A DNA stretch of 64,000 nucleotides from Anolis carolinensis. Taxonomy: Eukaryota. Made by a program: the position numbers and the translations under genes. Where the stretch lies: assembly GCF_035594765.1 (NCBI RefSeq), contig NC_085842.1, positions 61,108,782-61,172,781 on the forward strand. Direction: 5' to 3'. The notes beneath the pieces are model-generated. The model had not been told where the DNA came from, searched no databases, and saw nothing but the letters and a program-made list of their open reading frames with translations. Of this stretch, positions 1-11,265 are shown piece by piece (positions within the stretch are counted from its first letter, which is position 1; every line of letters starts with the position of its first letter).

Positions 1-1327
1 AACTGCTTTTCAAAAAGTAATTTGTGGCCATTATTTGTTACATTTATTTTGAAAATATAATTATTCATTACAATTTGAAAAAAGCAACTGCGTGTTTAAC
101 CCATTGTGCCATGTGTGAAGATTGACTGGAAAATAAAATCATTACATCAATAAAAATGATATTGTTCTCACTCACATAATTTATGAGGTGTGATTTCATT
201 GTGCCCTTGCTACATCCATTGTTACCTGTCCAAGGTTGGTTGTAACATCAGTGATGGCTGGTGACTCCGATGCCAGTTGGGACAATGAATCAACTCCCAG
301 GTTTCAGTTTCAACTTTAAAGGACTTAACTAGCATGGTGCCAAACCTATGGTGGGGATAGGGCACAGCAACTTGGAGAGATCTTTTCAAACTAAAGTCCC
401 ATCCCACTGTTAGCCCCACCAGCTGCCATTGTTTGTAACTTGCCATTTTTAAACATGAATCCAGGAAGCCTGTCCATCTTGATGACTAGGCTGAGGCATC
501 TAAAGTTGGCTGTGTTACTCCCAAGACTGAACCTGACTGTGTATGGCTCTTCTTCAAATTCTGGGATTGCTTTTCTTCCACTATTGTGCAAGTAAAGAAA
601 ATATAATCAAAGCAATATATAACATTTTGGGACTATCTAGGAACATATCACCCATGAATACAGGGGCTGTGTTGTATTATTTAAAGTTGACAACATTGAT
701 GTAAAACATTAATGTAAAATCATTTGAAATCATATTTAAATATAAGATTAAAGTCTGGGACACCATATTAAAATACTCTGCACAATTGATGAAAAATCAA
801 AGGCTTTTGAAAATTAAAAAGGTCTTTGCTTGTTGAAAAGACAGCAGGGGAAAGAGAAGCTGAACCTCCTGTGGGAGCAAGCCCCATTGCCTGGTAGCAG
901 CCACTGAGAAGACCATCTCCACCATCGTAATTAAATGCAACTGTGATGGTGGTGGATCTGAGAAAAAACTCAAGGTAAAATTTGATCTATTGTTCTTGAG
1001 AGCTGACTGCAAGAATGTCTGTCTAATAGTGTTCTGTTTTGCTGTTTTAATTGGTTTGTTTTGAATGTTTTTAAGTTTATATAGATTATTTTGTTTTATT
1101 TTAACAATAACTTTATATGATTGCATTTTTGTAAAGACTTTTAATTGTACTTCTATTAAGGTTTGTTAGCTTCTTGTGTCCCAATATTGGGGAAAAGGTG
1201 GGATAAAAATAAACAATCAAGCAAACAAACAAGTAAAGGACCAAATGTCCTTTGGAATAATTTTTTCCTGCATCAGGGGACAACTTGCAGCTTTATACAG
1301 TGTATGCCTGCCCTAGACACTGCTGCT

Positions 1328-1339
1328 TTTCCTTTCTTC

Positions 1340-1410
<71 letters not shown>

Positions 1411-1412
1411 TC
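1328..1412. repeat. (TTTC)n microsatellite
   Basis: Direct tandem tetranucleotide array; explains the spurious FFLS/RKKE ORFs. Confidence 0.97.
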
Positions 1413-1595
1413 GAGAAGCAGTGTAATGTAGTGGACTACAACTCTGGAGATGATGGTTCAAATACATACTTAGCCATGGAAATCTTGGATATGTTACATT
1501 TTTTCAGCTTCAGAGAAAGGCAAGGACAACTCCCCTTTGAACAAACTGTGTCAAGATAACCTCATGATAGATCACCATTCATTGGAAATGGTTTC

Positions 1596-1745
1596 NNNNN
1601 NNNNNNNNNNNNNNNNNNNNNNNNNNNNNNNNNNNNNNNNNNNNNNNNNNNNNNNNNNNNNNNNNNNNNNNNNNNNNNNNNNNNNNNNNNNNNNNNNNNN
1701 NNNNNNNNNNNNNNNNNNNNNNNNNNNNNNNNNNNNNNNNNNNNN
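1596..1745. other. Assembly gap (150 N)
   Basis: Run of N. Confidence 1.
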
Positions 1746-1825
1746 NTTTATGTCCTAATCTCTGAAGCAGCAGAAATCACCCTGATTCAACTTCTACATG
1801 ACATTCCTTCAAATATATTGCTCTC

Positions 1826-2010
1826 AACCTTCTCTTCTCAAAGTTAAACATACCCAGCTGCTCAAGCCATTCTTCATGGGACTGGGTTACTAGACTTTTC
1901 ACTACCCACTTGGTCACCCTCTTTGGAACATGTTCCAACTTGTCACTATCCTTCTTGAACTGTGGTGCTCAGAAGTGGACATCATAGTGATGTCTTACCA
2001 AAGCAGGAGA
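1826..2010 (-). mobile_element. Old CR1 LINE fragment (ORF2 C-terminal region)
   Basis: Reverse complement resembles the CR1 3' part at ~13430-13610; degenerate; boundaries approximate. Confidence 0.65.
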
Positions 2011-2662
2011 AAGCAGAATAGTATTTCAGGTCAAATGCATGCTTCTTCCCTTGCATAAGACCTGTTTTCCAAGGCACCTGTTTGCAATCTTTACTTTGGA
2101 CAAACAGATGAGTTTTGTCCTATTGGAATGACGTCAAAGCCTGCAATCTCCTGTCTGTATATCATTTCAACACCAGCAGCGCTAAGGTTTCCTGGTGAGA
2201 TTGCAGCTGCTGGCACTGAGTGATAGAAATCCTATAATGGTAGTTCGATCCAGGGGATGCGGTTAATAAGTTACCAAAATGGCAGCATGTACAGTTCAGA
2301 TGGGTTTCCTAAAGGGATACTCATCAGTTTGCACTGCTAGATCTCCCCACAGTTTGGCAGCAGAGGTCAAAGAACCCAAAGAAAATTGGAATCAGAGTTG
2401 AGTTACCACTGTTAGGACTGCCAACAAGCCTGTGAACTTGTTCTTGAGGAACTGTCCAAACAAATAGACCTAACTGTTCCCTGAAACCATCGCAAGGACT
2501 GTCAGAATGTAATTTGATAGTCTGCAAATTCCTCCAGTCTTTCATCTTAACTGTAAAATACATCTTTATTAAGATTTCTAAATGTTTGAGATTTTCCAGT
2601 CACTATTTCAGGAAAGATCCTGCAGAGGAATGAAGGCATGATAGGAAAAAGGTTAATTATTT

Positions 2663-2781
2663 GGGTTGTTGTGTGTCTTTCGGGCTGTGTGGCCATGTTC
2701 CAGAAGCTCCTGGAACATGGCCACACAGCCCGAAAGACACACAACAACCCTGTGATCCTGGCCATGAAAGCCTTCGACAAC
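2663..2781. mobile_element. Minimal Penelope-like element (PLE) insertion: 88 bp palindrome plus 31 nt tail
   Basis: 13 bp TSD AGGTTAATTATTT (2650-2662, 2782-2794); 41 bp inverted arms 2663-2703 and 2710-2750; same terminus as the PLE copies at 26670 and 28287. Confidence 0.9.
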
Positions 2782-3624
2782 AGGTTAATTATTTCTTTTT
2801 TAAAATAAACCTATGGGATTTATAGGAAATATTAGAAAACATTCTTTCCACTCTCTTCTTCTCTTGTCCTCTTTTTAATCCACCTGTTAATTTATGAAGA
2901 GGATACATTTGATTATTTTGTTACATCAGAAAAAATGGGGCTTTGTAGGTTATATAATGGGTTCCTAATTATGCTACTTTGTTTTTATTTCAAATGTTAA
3001 ATCAAAGTGATATGGCTACTCACAAATTTGGAACATCTAATTTCTAGACTGAAAACAATCCTGCAAGAAATTGAAAATATCTAATTAGCTTTACAATAAA
3101 TAGGTAAAGAGAGAAGGAACAAAATTAATTTGGGAATACCACTTAATGTAAATGTCAAACGAGGGGATGAAATAAATATGTAAAGAGATAACCTGGTGCT
3201 CTCTGTCTTGGCACAGATCAGAAACAATGGAACAAGGTCATTTCCTATGTATTTCCTATGTCACACTGTGAAAGCTGGATTACATCTTTTCCTTTGTTAA
3301 GGATAAATGTTAGAGATAGTGAAATGCCACAGATACATTAATTTGGTGGTATTGTATGGTACAGAAGTGTTTCAGGAAGCCAAAGGGATACGAAAGCAAT
3401 AAATAAATCAAATTAAGTATAAATATGTTTACTGATTTTATATTTGGATAGTAAAATGGGCTTGCAACTTAAAATTGTCTGAATTTTCATGGCTTCCTGA
3501 CTAGAAGTTGCTTTTGTGTTGAAAGTGATGGATAGTGTCAGATGGTGTTTTCTGTGTCAGTGGGACAGTCCTCTTCTGGGCATGGTTCTGCAATTTGTGG
3601 TGGCTTCTCAACTCCTGCGTGAAA

Positions 3625-5025
3625 TCTAGATCCACTACAATATGGCTTCAGGTCTGGCAATGGAACAGAGATAGTTTTGATTGCCTTGGTGGATCACCTA
3701 CATGGGGAACTGGATAGGAGGAACATGTCTCTGTTGGTTTTGCTAGACATGACAGCAGTTTTTGATACTATCAATCATGGTATTCTTCTGAGTCTCCTCT
3801 CTAGGATGGGGCTTGAGGGCACTGTTATGAATACTTTCTGGTCTTTCTTGGAGGGGTGAACTTAGAAGGAGGATTCAGTGCTGTTGGACTCCAGTTTGAA
3901 CCCATGGCCACCTGCAGTCCCCCATGTTATTTAACATCTAAATGAAACTACTGAAGAAGTTCTCCTGAGTTTGGAGGTTGGATGTCACCAGTATGATGAT
4001 GACACCTTCCTCTAGTTCTCCTTTTCCCTATGTTAAACTAGTGTCTGTCATCAGTCATGTATTGAATGAAGGCAAACAAACTGAAACTTAATCCAGACAA
4101 GACAGAGGTGCTCCTGGTCAGTTGAAAGGCATATCAAGGACTAGAGTTTCAGTATGTCTTGGATGAGGTTACACTTCCCTTGAAATGCCAGGTTCACAAC
4201 TTGGGTGTGCTCCTGGACTCAGAGCTGGGCCTGGGTGCCAAGGTGTCTGCTATGGCCAAGAGTACATTTGCAAAGCTAAAACTAGTGCACCAATTGCACC
4301 CATTTCTTGAGAAGCCAGACCTGGCTCTTGATGCACATACCTTAATTACATACTCTTTGGATTACTCTAATACACTCTGTGCCTTTGGAAACTGTTTGCA
4401 AATTTCAGTGGTGCAAAATGCTGCAGCCAGGCTGTTGATTGGGGCAGGTTAAGGAGATCATGTGACCTTCACGTTGAATCAGCTGCCAATCCATTTCTGG
4501 ACAGAATTCAAAGTGCTGGTGATGACCTTTAACGTCTTGCATGGCTTGGGTGCAGACTATTTGAAAAATTGTATCTTTCTGTATGAACACACCTAAGCTC
4601 AAAGATCTACAGAGGAAGCTCCCCCTGCCCCTCCCAGTTCCATCACTGCCATAGACAAGTTTGTAGAGGACACTGGAGAAAGCCTTCCATTATGCCGCTC
4701 CCAGGAAGCAGGCCTTCCTTCTACATGAGTAAAGTTGAATCCCTCCCTTCTGCCTTTCTGCTAACAAGTAAAGGCATTTTTTTTTTATTAAAGTGACCTT
4801 TGGGTTTTAATAAAACATGGCAGACTGAACTTTAGATGCAGGAGATTCTTTCTATTTCATTATGTTACATACGTGTTTTGAAAAACTGATTTTTACCTGC
4901 ATTTTAACCAATGTTTTTAAAACAGAAATATAATTTAATGTTTTACATTTTGTACTTCAAAGCATTGTGTTTTACAGGTTGCATGCTACCTTGGGTTCCA
5001 TGTCAGGAGAAAGGTGGGATATTAA
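3625..5025 (+). mobile_element. Degenerate L2-clade LINE (RT to 3' end)
   Basis: Broken-frame peptides GFRSGNGTE, LLVLLDMTAVFDTINHGILL, YDDDT, LNPDKTEVL, NLGVLLDSEL, LDYSN, VQNAAARLL; boundaries approximate. Confidence 0.85.
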
Positions 5026-5776
5026 ACAAGAAAACAAAGAACATTAAACTACAGAACAAATCTACAGTGACATGGAAACAACCACAGTCACTGGTATGGA
5101 AAAAGTGGGGAAAATACCATATTAATTCATGTTAAGATCATAGAATTGAAAGGCAGCCCAAGGGTCATATATCCAACACTAAGGCCCTGCTGATTTATGG
5201 CAGTCAAAGGCCTCTGAAAAATCTGGGATGAAGGAATTTTCAAGGAACTATATTTCACTGTCAAACATTTCTTACCAGCAGCAAGAGATATTTTCAAATA
5301 GTTTGTCAGTCAAATGGATCAGGCTCATCTGGAGCAGCAGAAAAGAAGCTTGCTCAGATGATAGGACTGTACTATCCTGTTGTCCCTTAAGACCATGGAA
5401 TTTTAGATTTGATAGAATTTACACAACACTTGTGAGCAGCAAGAAATAATGAAGCACGGGATAGTATTTTATGATTGCGGCTTTCCTTTTATTGAGAAGA
5501 TAAATTATAACAGCTCTTCAAGTCTCACTCTAATCTTTCCTTGTAATTTATGAAAACTATCTGTGTTGTATTGGTCAGTAAATCCTTGACAGTATTTTTT
5601 GTGGGTTCATCTTTAAATCACAGCTGAGATCCTGTTTTTTTCTATACAAAGTTAATGTATAATTATTTTTGCTTTCATAATTTTTTATAGAAAAAAAGCA
5701 TCTGGGAAAGCTGCTGAACTGTCAAGACTTGGGATGGGTAAGGGACATTTTCAGATATTCAAATAAAGGTCAAGCA

Positions 5777-6406
5777 CAGAGCTTTCCAAACATTTCATGT
5801 TGGTGACACATTTTTTTAGAAATGCATCATTTTGCAACACAGTAATTTAGTTTTACTAGCAAACCAGAGGTTAAAAAAACATCATAAGAGATACAAACAC
5901 ATGCATGCATTGTAATAATGAAATGTAAGGTAAAGGTAAAGGTTTTCCCCTGACATTAGGTCTAGTCGTGTCCGACTTTGAGGGTTGGTGCTCATCTCCA
6001 TTTCTAAGCTGAAGAGGCAGCATTGTCCATAGATGCCTCCAAGGTCATGTGGCCAGCATGACTGCATGGAGCTTCATTACCTTCCCACCTAAGTGGTACC
6101 TATTGATCTACTCACATTTGCATGTTTTCAGACTGTTAAGTTGGCAGAAGCTGGGGCTAACAGCAGGAGCTCATCCCTCTCCCCGGATTCAAACTGCCGA
6201 CTTTTGGTCAGCAAGTTCAGCAGCTCAGCCGTTTGACTTGCTGCACCATCAGGGGGCACAATCTATCTTATGAAAACCTTTCATTTATATATATATTTAA
6301 AATATATGATTTATTGCTTATGTCACATACACTCATTATATTCATGTGACACACACACTGCAGCCAACACACTGATGTGTCATGACACACTGTTTTGAAA
6401 ACTCTA
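5777..6406. mobile_element. Non-autonomous hAT-type element hosting a Sauria SINE
   Basis: Imperfect TIRs CAGAGCTTTCCAAAC / GTTTTGAAAACTCTA; 8 bp flanks GTCAAGCA / GTCTAACA (6/8). Confidence 0.6.
5926..6258 (-). mobile_element. Sauria SINE (near full length)
   Basis: (ACCTTT)n tail read as (AAAGGT)n; BovB-like 3' end AGTCGTGTCCGACT; tRNA-like head at the right; second copy at 25936. Confidence 0.88.
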
Positions 6407-6689
6407 GTCTAACAGGTGAGATGATGACTTCAGGTCATGCCTGTCCATAGAATTGCTAAGAACAAGAAAGGCGGAAAAGTCTGATCTCTTCTTCATAAAA
6501 ATACAGAATACAATCACTCAGAAATGGTGGAAAATTACAAAACTAGGCAGTTTTTATATTAACAAAGTCGAGGACAGTTTTAGATTAGTTCAGAAGAAGT
6601 TTGCCATTTCCTTCCTCTGGAGTTGAGAGTTGTCCCGGATCACCAAGTGGGTTTTAAGGCTGAGTGGGTTTACAAAGTCTGGTCTCCAG

Positions 6690-7497
6690 CAGAGGCGGTC
6701 CAACCATAAGGCGAAATAGGCATTTGCCTGTGGTGCCATCGTCCCGGGGGCACCATTGTCCTGGGAGGAGGGCACCACTCTCCACCTCCTTCTCTTTTGG
6801 GCCTTCCAGCGACCGCGCTGGGCCTTCCGGCCGGCGCAGACCCACCTTCGCACCACGCAAGCCCACCTTTGGGGCCTTCAGAGATTGTGAAGTCTGTAGG
6901 AACTTGGAAGCTAGGTATGTGGGGTTTATATATCTGTAGAAGGTCCAGGGTGGGAGAAAGAACTTTTATTTGAAGCAGGTGTGAATGTTGTAATTAATCA
7001 CCTTGATTAGCATTTAATGGCCCTGTGGCTTGAAGGCCTGGCTTCTTCTTGCCTGGGAGAATCTTTTTTTGGGAGGAGTTAGCTGTCCCTGATTGTTTAC
7101 TGTCTGGATTTCTTCTGTTTTCAGAGTGTTGTTCTTTATTTATTGTCCTGATTTTAGAGGTTTTTTTTTAATACTGAGGGCTATCTGGGTTATCTAAGTC
7201 CACACTGCCCTATATCCCTGTTCAATGTTTAGTGCTAAATTTGCAAATATAGTAATTCCTACATAACATTACCATGTATTGAACTGCTTTTTCTATTGAT
7301 TTGTTGTAAAACATGATGTTTTGGTGCTTAATTTTTAAAATAATAATGTAATTTGATGTTTTATAGGCTTTTCCTTTATACTTCCTTATTATCCAACATT
7401 TTCGCTTATCCAACGCTTTTATTTTTCAGTGATTGGTTTGGGGGGGGCACCAAAATTCTGTTCGCCTACACTTGAAAAATACCTAGGGCCGGCTCTG
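6690..7497. mobile_element. Composite non-autonomous hAT element containing Penelope, palindromic-MITE and Mariner-MITE fragments
   Basis: TIRs CAGAGGCGGTCC / GGGCCGGCTCTG; 8 bp TSD GTCTCCAG (6682-6689) / GTCTCTAG (7498-7505); ~6873-7175 matches the PLE at 26757-27050; ~7221-7415 matches the MITE at 30172-30494. Confidence 0.8.
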
Positions 7498-9296
7498 GTC
7501 TCTAGTGCCATAGTCCAACATTCAAATCACTACGTGACACTGGTTCTCACGACAGCAAGAATTTTCAACAAAAATGCCTCAATATGTTTTGATCCTGTCT
7601 TTTTGGCTCCACCCTCCACGTGAATGTGAATACAGCCTCCCAAAGCTTCTCTGAAACTCAGTTCAGTTCTCAGCCTGAATGATTCTGCAATGTCCCAGCA
7701 ACAAGAGTCAATGAGCCAGTTTCAATCAATGTGAAGAGATCCTATGGCAGACAAACCATCCCTTTGGGAGGCTGGCTGAGAGAACTATGGGTAGCTAGAG
7801 TGGGGAATCATGCGGAGAGATGACTGGCAGGGTATTCAAAAAGACTGGGTCCCTTGAGCTCCTAGGAGCCTCTTACTGGCGCACAAATAGTTTTTTTCGA
7901 CTATGCTCCTGCAGTCTGGCACTGAGTTTCGGAAGTACAGCTCTACAGGCCTTGACTGTCTTGTCCAGGATCCAGGACCACTTCATCCTGGGTGTATCTT
8001 TTCCAGGAATGAAATACTATACAATGTTTTTGTTGTTGCTTAATGCTGAAGCTGTTCCAGCACAGCCTCACCGCTCTTCCCAGCCTATCTGTATTTCTCA
8101 TTTTTTTCTCAAGAGGATGAGAGAAGAATATAACATTTTCTGCACATCTGCCTGCTTTATTACACACAGAGTCACTTGTGGGGCTCCACATACAAGAGGC
8201 ACCTGTTCCACATGCAACTGTCAATATTTTACAGAGGAAAACATGGCCATTGACAGGGACTCTAGAACTGTTTGTAAGATGAGGGGGAAGCTCAATTTTC
8301 GCAGACAAATCCTCCTTGCTGTTGCCTTTGGGAGCAGATAGCTTTTCCCATCCATGGTACCACCAAAATATGCTCAAATATGAAAGCTCTTATGTGCACA
8401 GTATCTCCTTAAAGGCATCTTCCATTTGTTCAGTATTGCTAACTTTCAAATTACCCTGCATGGGATGGATTGCAGTCAACCTTTGTTATTCTTGGGAGGA
8501 CTCAATTATTAATATTAACCTTAATATTTCTAATCATTTAATATAGCTTTAATAGATGTTTCCCAAGAAGGCTCAAATACAAGTCTTAGTGATCCAATTT
8601 TTCCATATCAATTTAGTCCCCTTAGCTTATGGGGTGGTAGAGCCCTCTCTCTCCCAACCCATTCTATAGTGTATATTGGAGTAAATGCCTGTTAGCTAGC
8701 CAAGCTGCACTCGCAGCATATCTAAGTAGACGCCAAGGTGCCAACTGTCCCATTTGATATTCCTTAACTGTTTTGCACCAAAACTCCAATCTTTAAAAGC
8801 AGACTAAAGACAGTTTTAAAATGAAAACAAGCAAATATATAACAGTATTAATTGCAGGTGAGTCCAGCTGACTTGCATTGGAAGGAAAGTCCACAGTCAA
8901 GATGCTGCTGTTGCTGCTGCTGCAAAGAAAAGCAGGAATGTAATTGTGGCTTGTCTGATTCGTGTACATAAAAATGAGAAAGCATATAATTTCCCGTATG
9001 ATGGGATATGACTTCTCATCTTTGTTTGAACAATTTTTGCATAAATAGTGCAATTAACCAAATAGCTACACCCAACTTACAGTGCTTATTGTCTGGACTT
9101 TAAAAATGTAGGAAGCAGCAGATGAATAGTCAATCTTTTATATTTTTTCCATCAATCAACCAGTCTTTTTGTGTATACTTTGTGTGTGTTTTGCATCAAA
9201 AAGGAAAAAAAACACAAATAAAAACCCCCTACATCAATAGGAAAACCTATAAAATTCATAGGATCACCATAAACCAACAAACAAAGGCACATATCT

Positions 9297-10088
9297 TAAC
9301 AGATTAGAAAGATGGATTGAAACTAACAAAATGAAGTTCAACAGGAACAAATACAAGATACTCCACTTAGGTAGAAAAAAAATGAAATGCAAAGATACAG
9401 AATGGGGGATGCCTGGCTCGACAGCAGTATGTGTGAAAAAGATCTTGGAGTCCTTGTGGACAACAAGTTAAACATGAGCCAACAATGTGATGCAGCAGCA
9501 AAAAAAGCCAATGGGATTTTGGCCTGCATAAATAGGAGTATAGTGCCTAGATCCAGGGAAGTCATGCTCCCTCTCTATTCTGCCTTGATTAGCCCACACC
9601 TGGAATACTGTGTCCCATTCTGGGCACCGCAATTGAAGGGAGATGTTGACAAGCTGGAAAGTGTCCAGAGGAGGGCAATTAAAATGATCAAGGGTCTGGA
9701 GAACAAGCCCTATGAGGAGCGGCTTTAGCCTGCAGAAGAGAAGTCTGAGAGGAGACATGATATCCAGGTATAAATGTGGGAGGGGAAGTCATAGGGAGGA
9801 GGGAGCCAGCTTTTTTTCTGCTGCCCTGGAGACTAGGACATGGAACAACAGTTTTAAACTACAGGAAAGGAGATTCCATCTGAACATTAGGAAGAACTTC
9901 CTAACTGTGAGAGCTGTTCATCCGTGGAACTCTCTGCTCTGGACTGTGGTGGAGGCGCCTTCTTTGGAGGCTTTTAAGCAAAGGCTGAATTGTCATCTGT
10001 CAGAGGTGCTTTGAATGTGATTTTCCTGTTTCTTGGCAGGGGGACTGGATAGCCCATGAGGTCTCTTCCAACTCTATGATTCTATGAT
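9297..10088 (+). mobile_element. 5'-truncated CR1 LINE (3' ~0.8 kb)
   Basis: [32 protein letters not shown] peptides; CR1 3'UTR with (TTCTATGA)-type tail; closely similar to 13270-13950. Confidence 0.95.
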
Positions 10089-10171
10089 ATGCACACATAA
10101 CAGTGTCCTAGATTTGAAATCTGGATTTAAGATTCAGGACCAGGCAGCCTCCGCAGAACTCCTCTGCTCAG

Positions 10172-11077
10172 TTGGAATTACACAACAGATTCCAAATTCT
10201 TACACCACTAACATACAATCAGGAAACACATCTTGTGGAGGACCACAGTTACTTAGATACCACTCAGTGGGCCACTCTTGATCAATGCGCAGGGGATAGC
10301 CCTGATGGGGACAGTGCATCACCACATTCACACTTATGTAACCATGCAAGTGCTCCATCCCCAATCGTGGACCAGACACAGCAGGAACACCCTTGGGAGA
10401 GTGATGGGCTCTTGGACGCATCTCAATGGATTGTCATTGATGAATGCTCTGGGGATGTCGAGGAGGAGGGCAACACTTTATACCCACACGATTCACTTCA
10501 ACTGGAACACTCTTCAGGGGACATACACACTGTCTTGCACAAAAGGGACCCTGTCAATCCTCAAAGGAAACAGGTCTTGGTAGTAGGTGACTCCCTCCTT
10601 AGAGGAACGGAAGCCATCATTTCCAGACCGGATGGGATGGCTCGAGAAACATGCTGTCTCCCGGGGGCAAAAATACACCATATCACTCAGAGGCTCAGCA
10701 GGCTCCTAAAGCCCCTTCACCCTCCCCACCTTATGTTGATTCATGTAGGTACCAATGACACCGCTAGGCATACTTTTCAAAAGATCACAAATGGTTTTCG
10801 AGCTCTGGGAACAAAGCTAAAACTGTATAATGTACATGTGATCTTTTCATCCCTCCTCCCCGTTGTAGGACACGGCTCTACAAGGGCCAGAAAAATAGTA
10901 CAGGTCAATAACTGACTCAGAAAATGGTGCCAAGAGGAGCATTTTGGTTTCCTTGACCATGATCTACTCTTCCAGGAGGATGGCCTACTGGCAAGTGATG
11001 GGGTGCATCTCACACAAGCAGGAAAACATCTTTTTGCACACAGACTCACAAACCTCATCAGGCGCACTTTAAACTAG
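10172..11077 (+). pseudogene. CR1 ORF1 remnant with SGNH/GDSL esterase-like domain
   Basis: VLVVGDSLLRG, CCLPGAKI, IHVGTND and DGVHLT motifs; one in-frame TGA at 10913-10915; frame continues to TAG at 11075-11077. Confidence 0.9.
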
Positions 11078-11265
11078 ATCCACTGGGGGAGGGGAACAAC
11101 AGCCTGGCGAACACTATATTACCCACGACCACAGGGAACCGCCAAAAGGCTAAACGGAGGGCTGCACAAACACAGCAAGGACCAAGTACAGAGAGCATAA
11201 TCCCAAATAAACAGCTCAAGGGGAGGTCACAGGGGCTTACATGTCTTTACACTAATGCTCAGAGC

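Noticed and set aside
7820-8377. Overlapping 173 aa and 144 aa ORFs on opposite strands
   Set aside because: No recognisable domain or exon structure; consistent with chance ORFs
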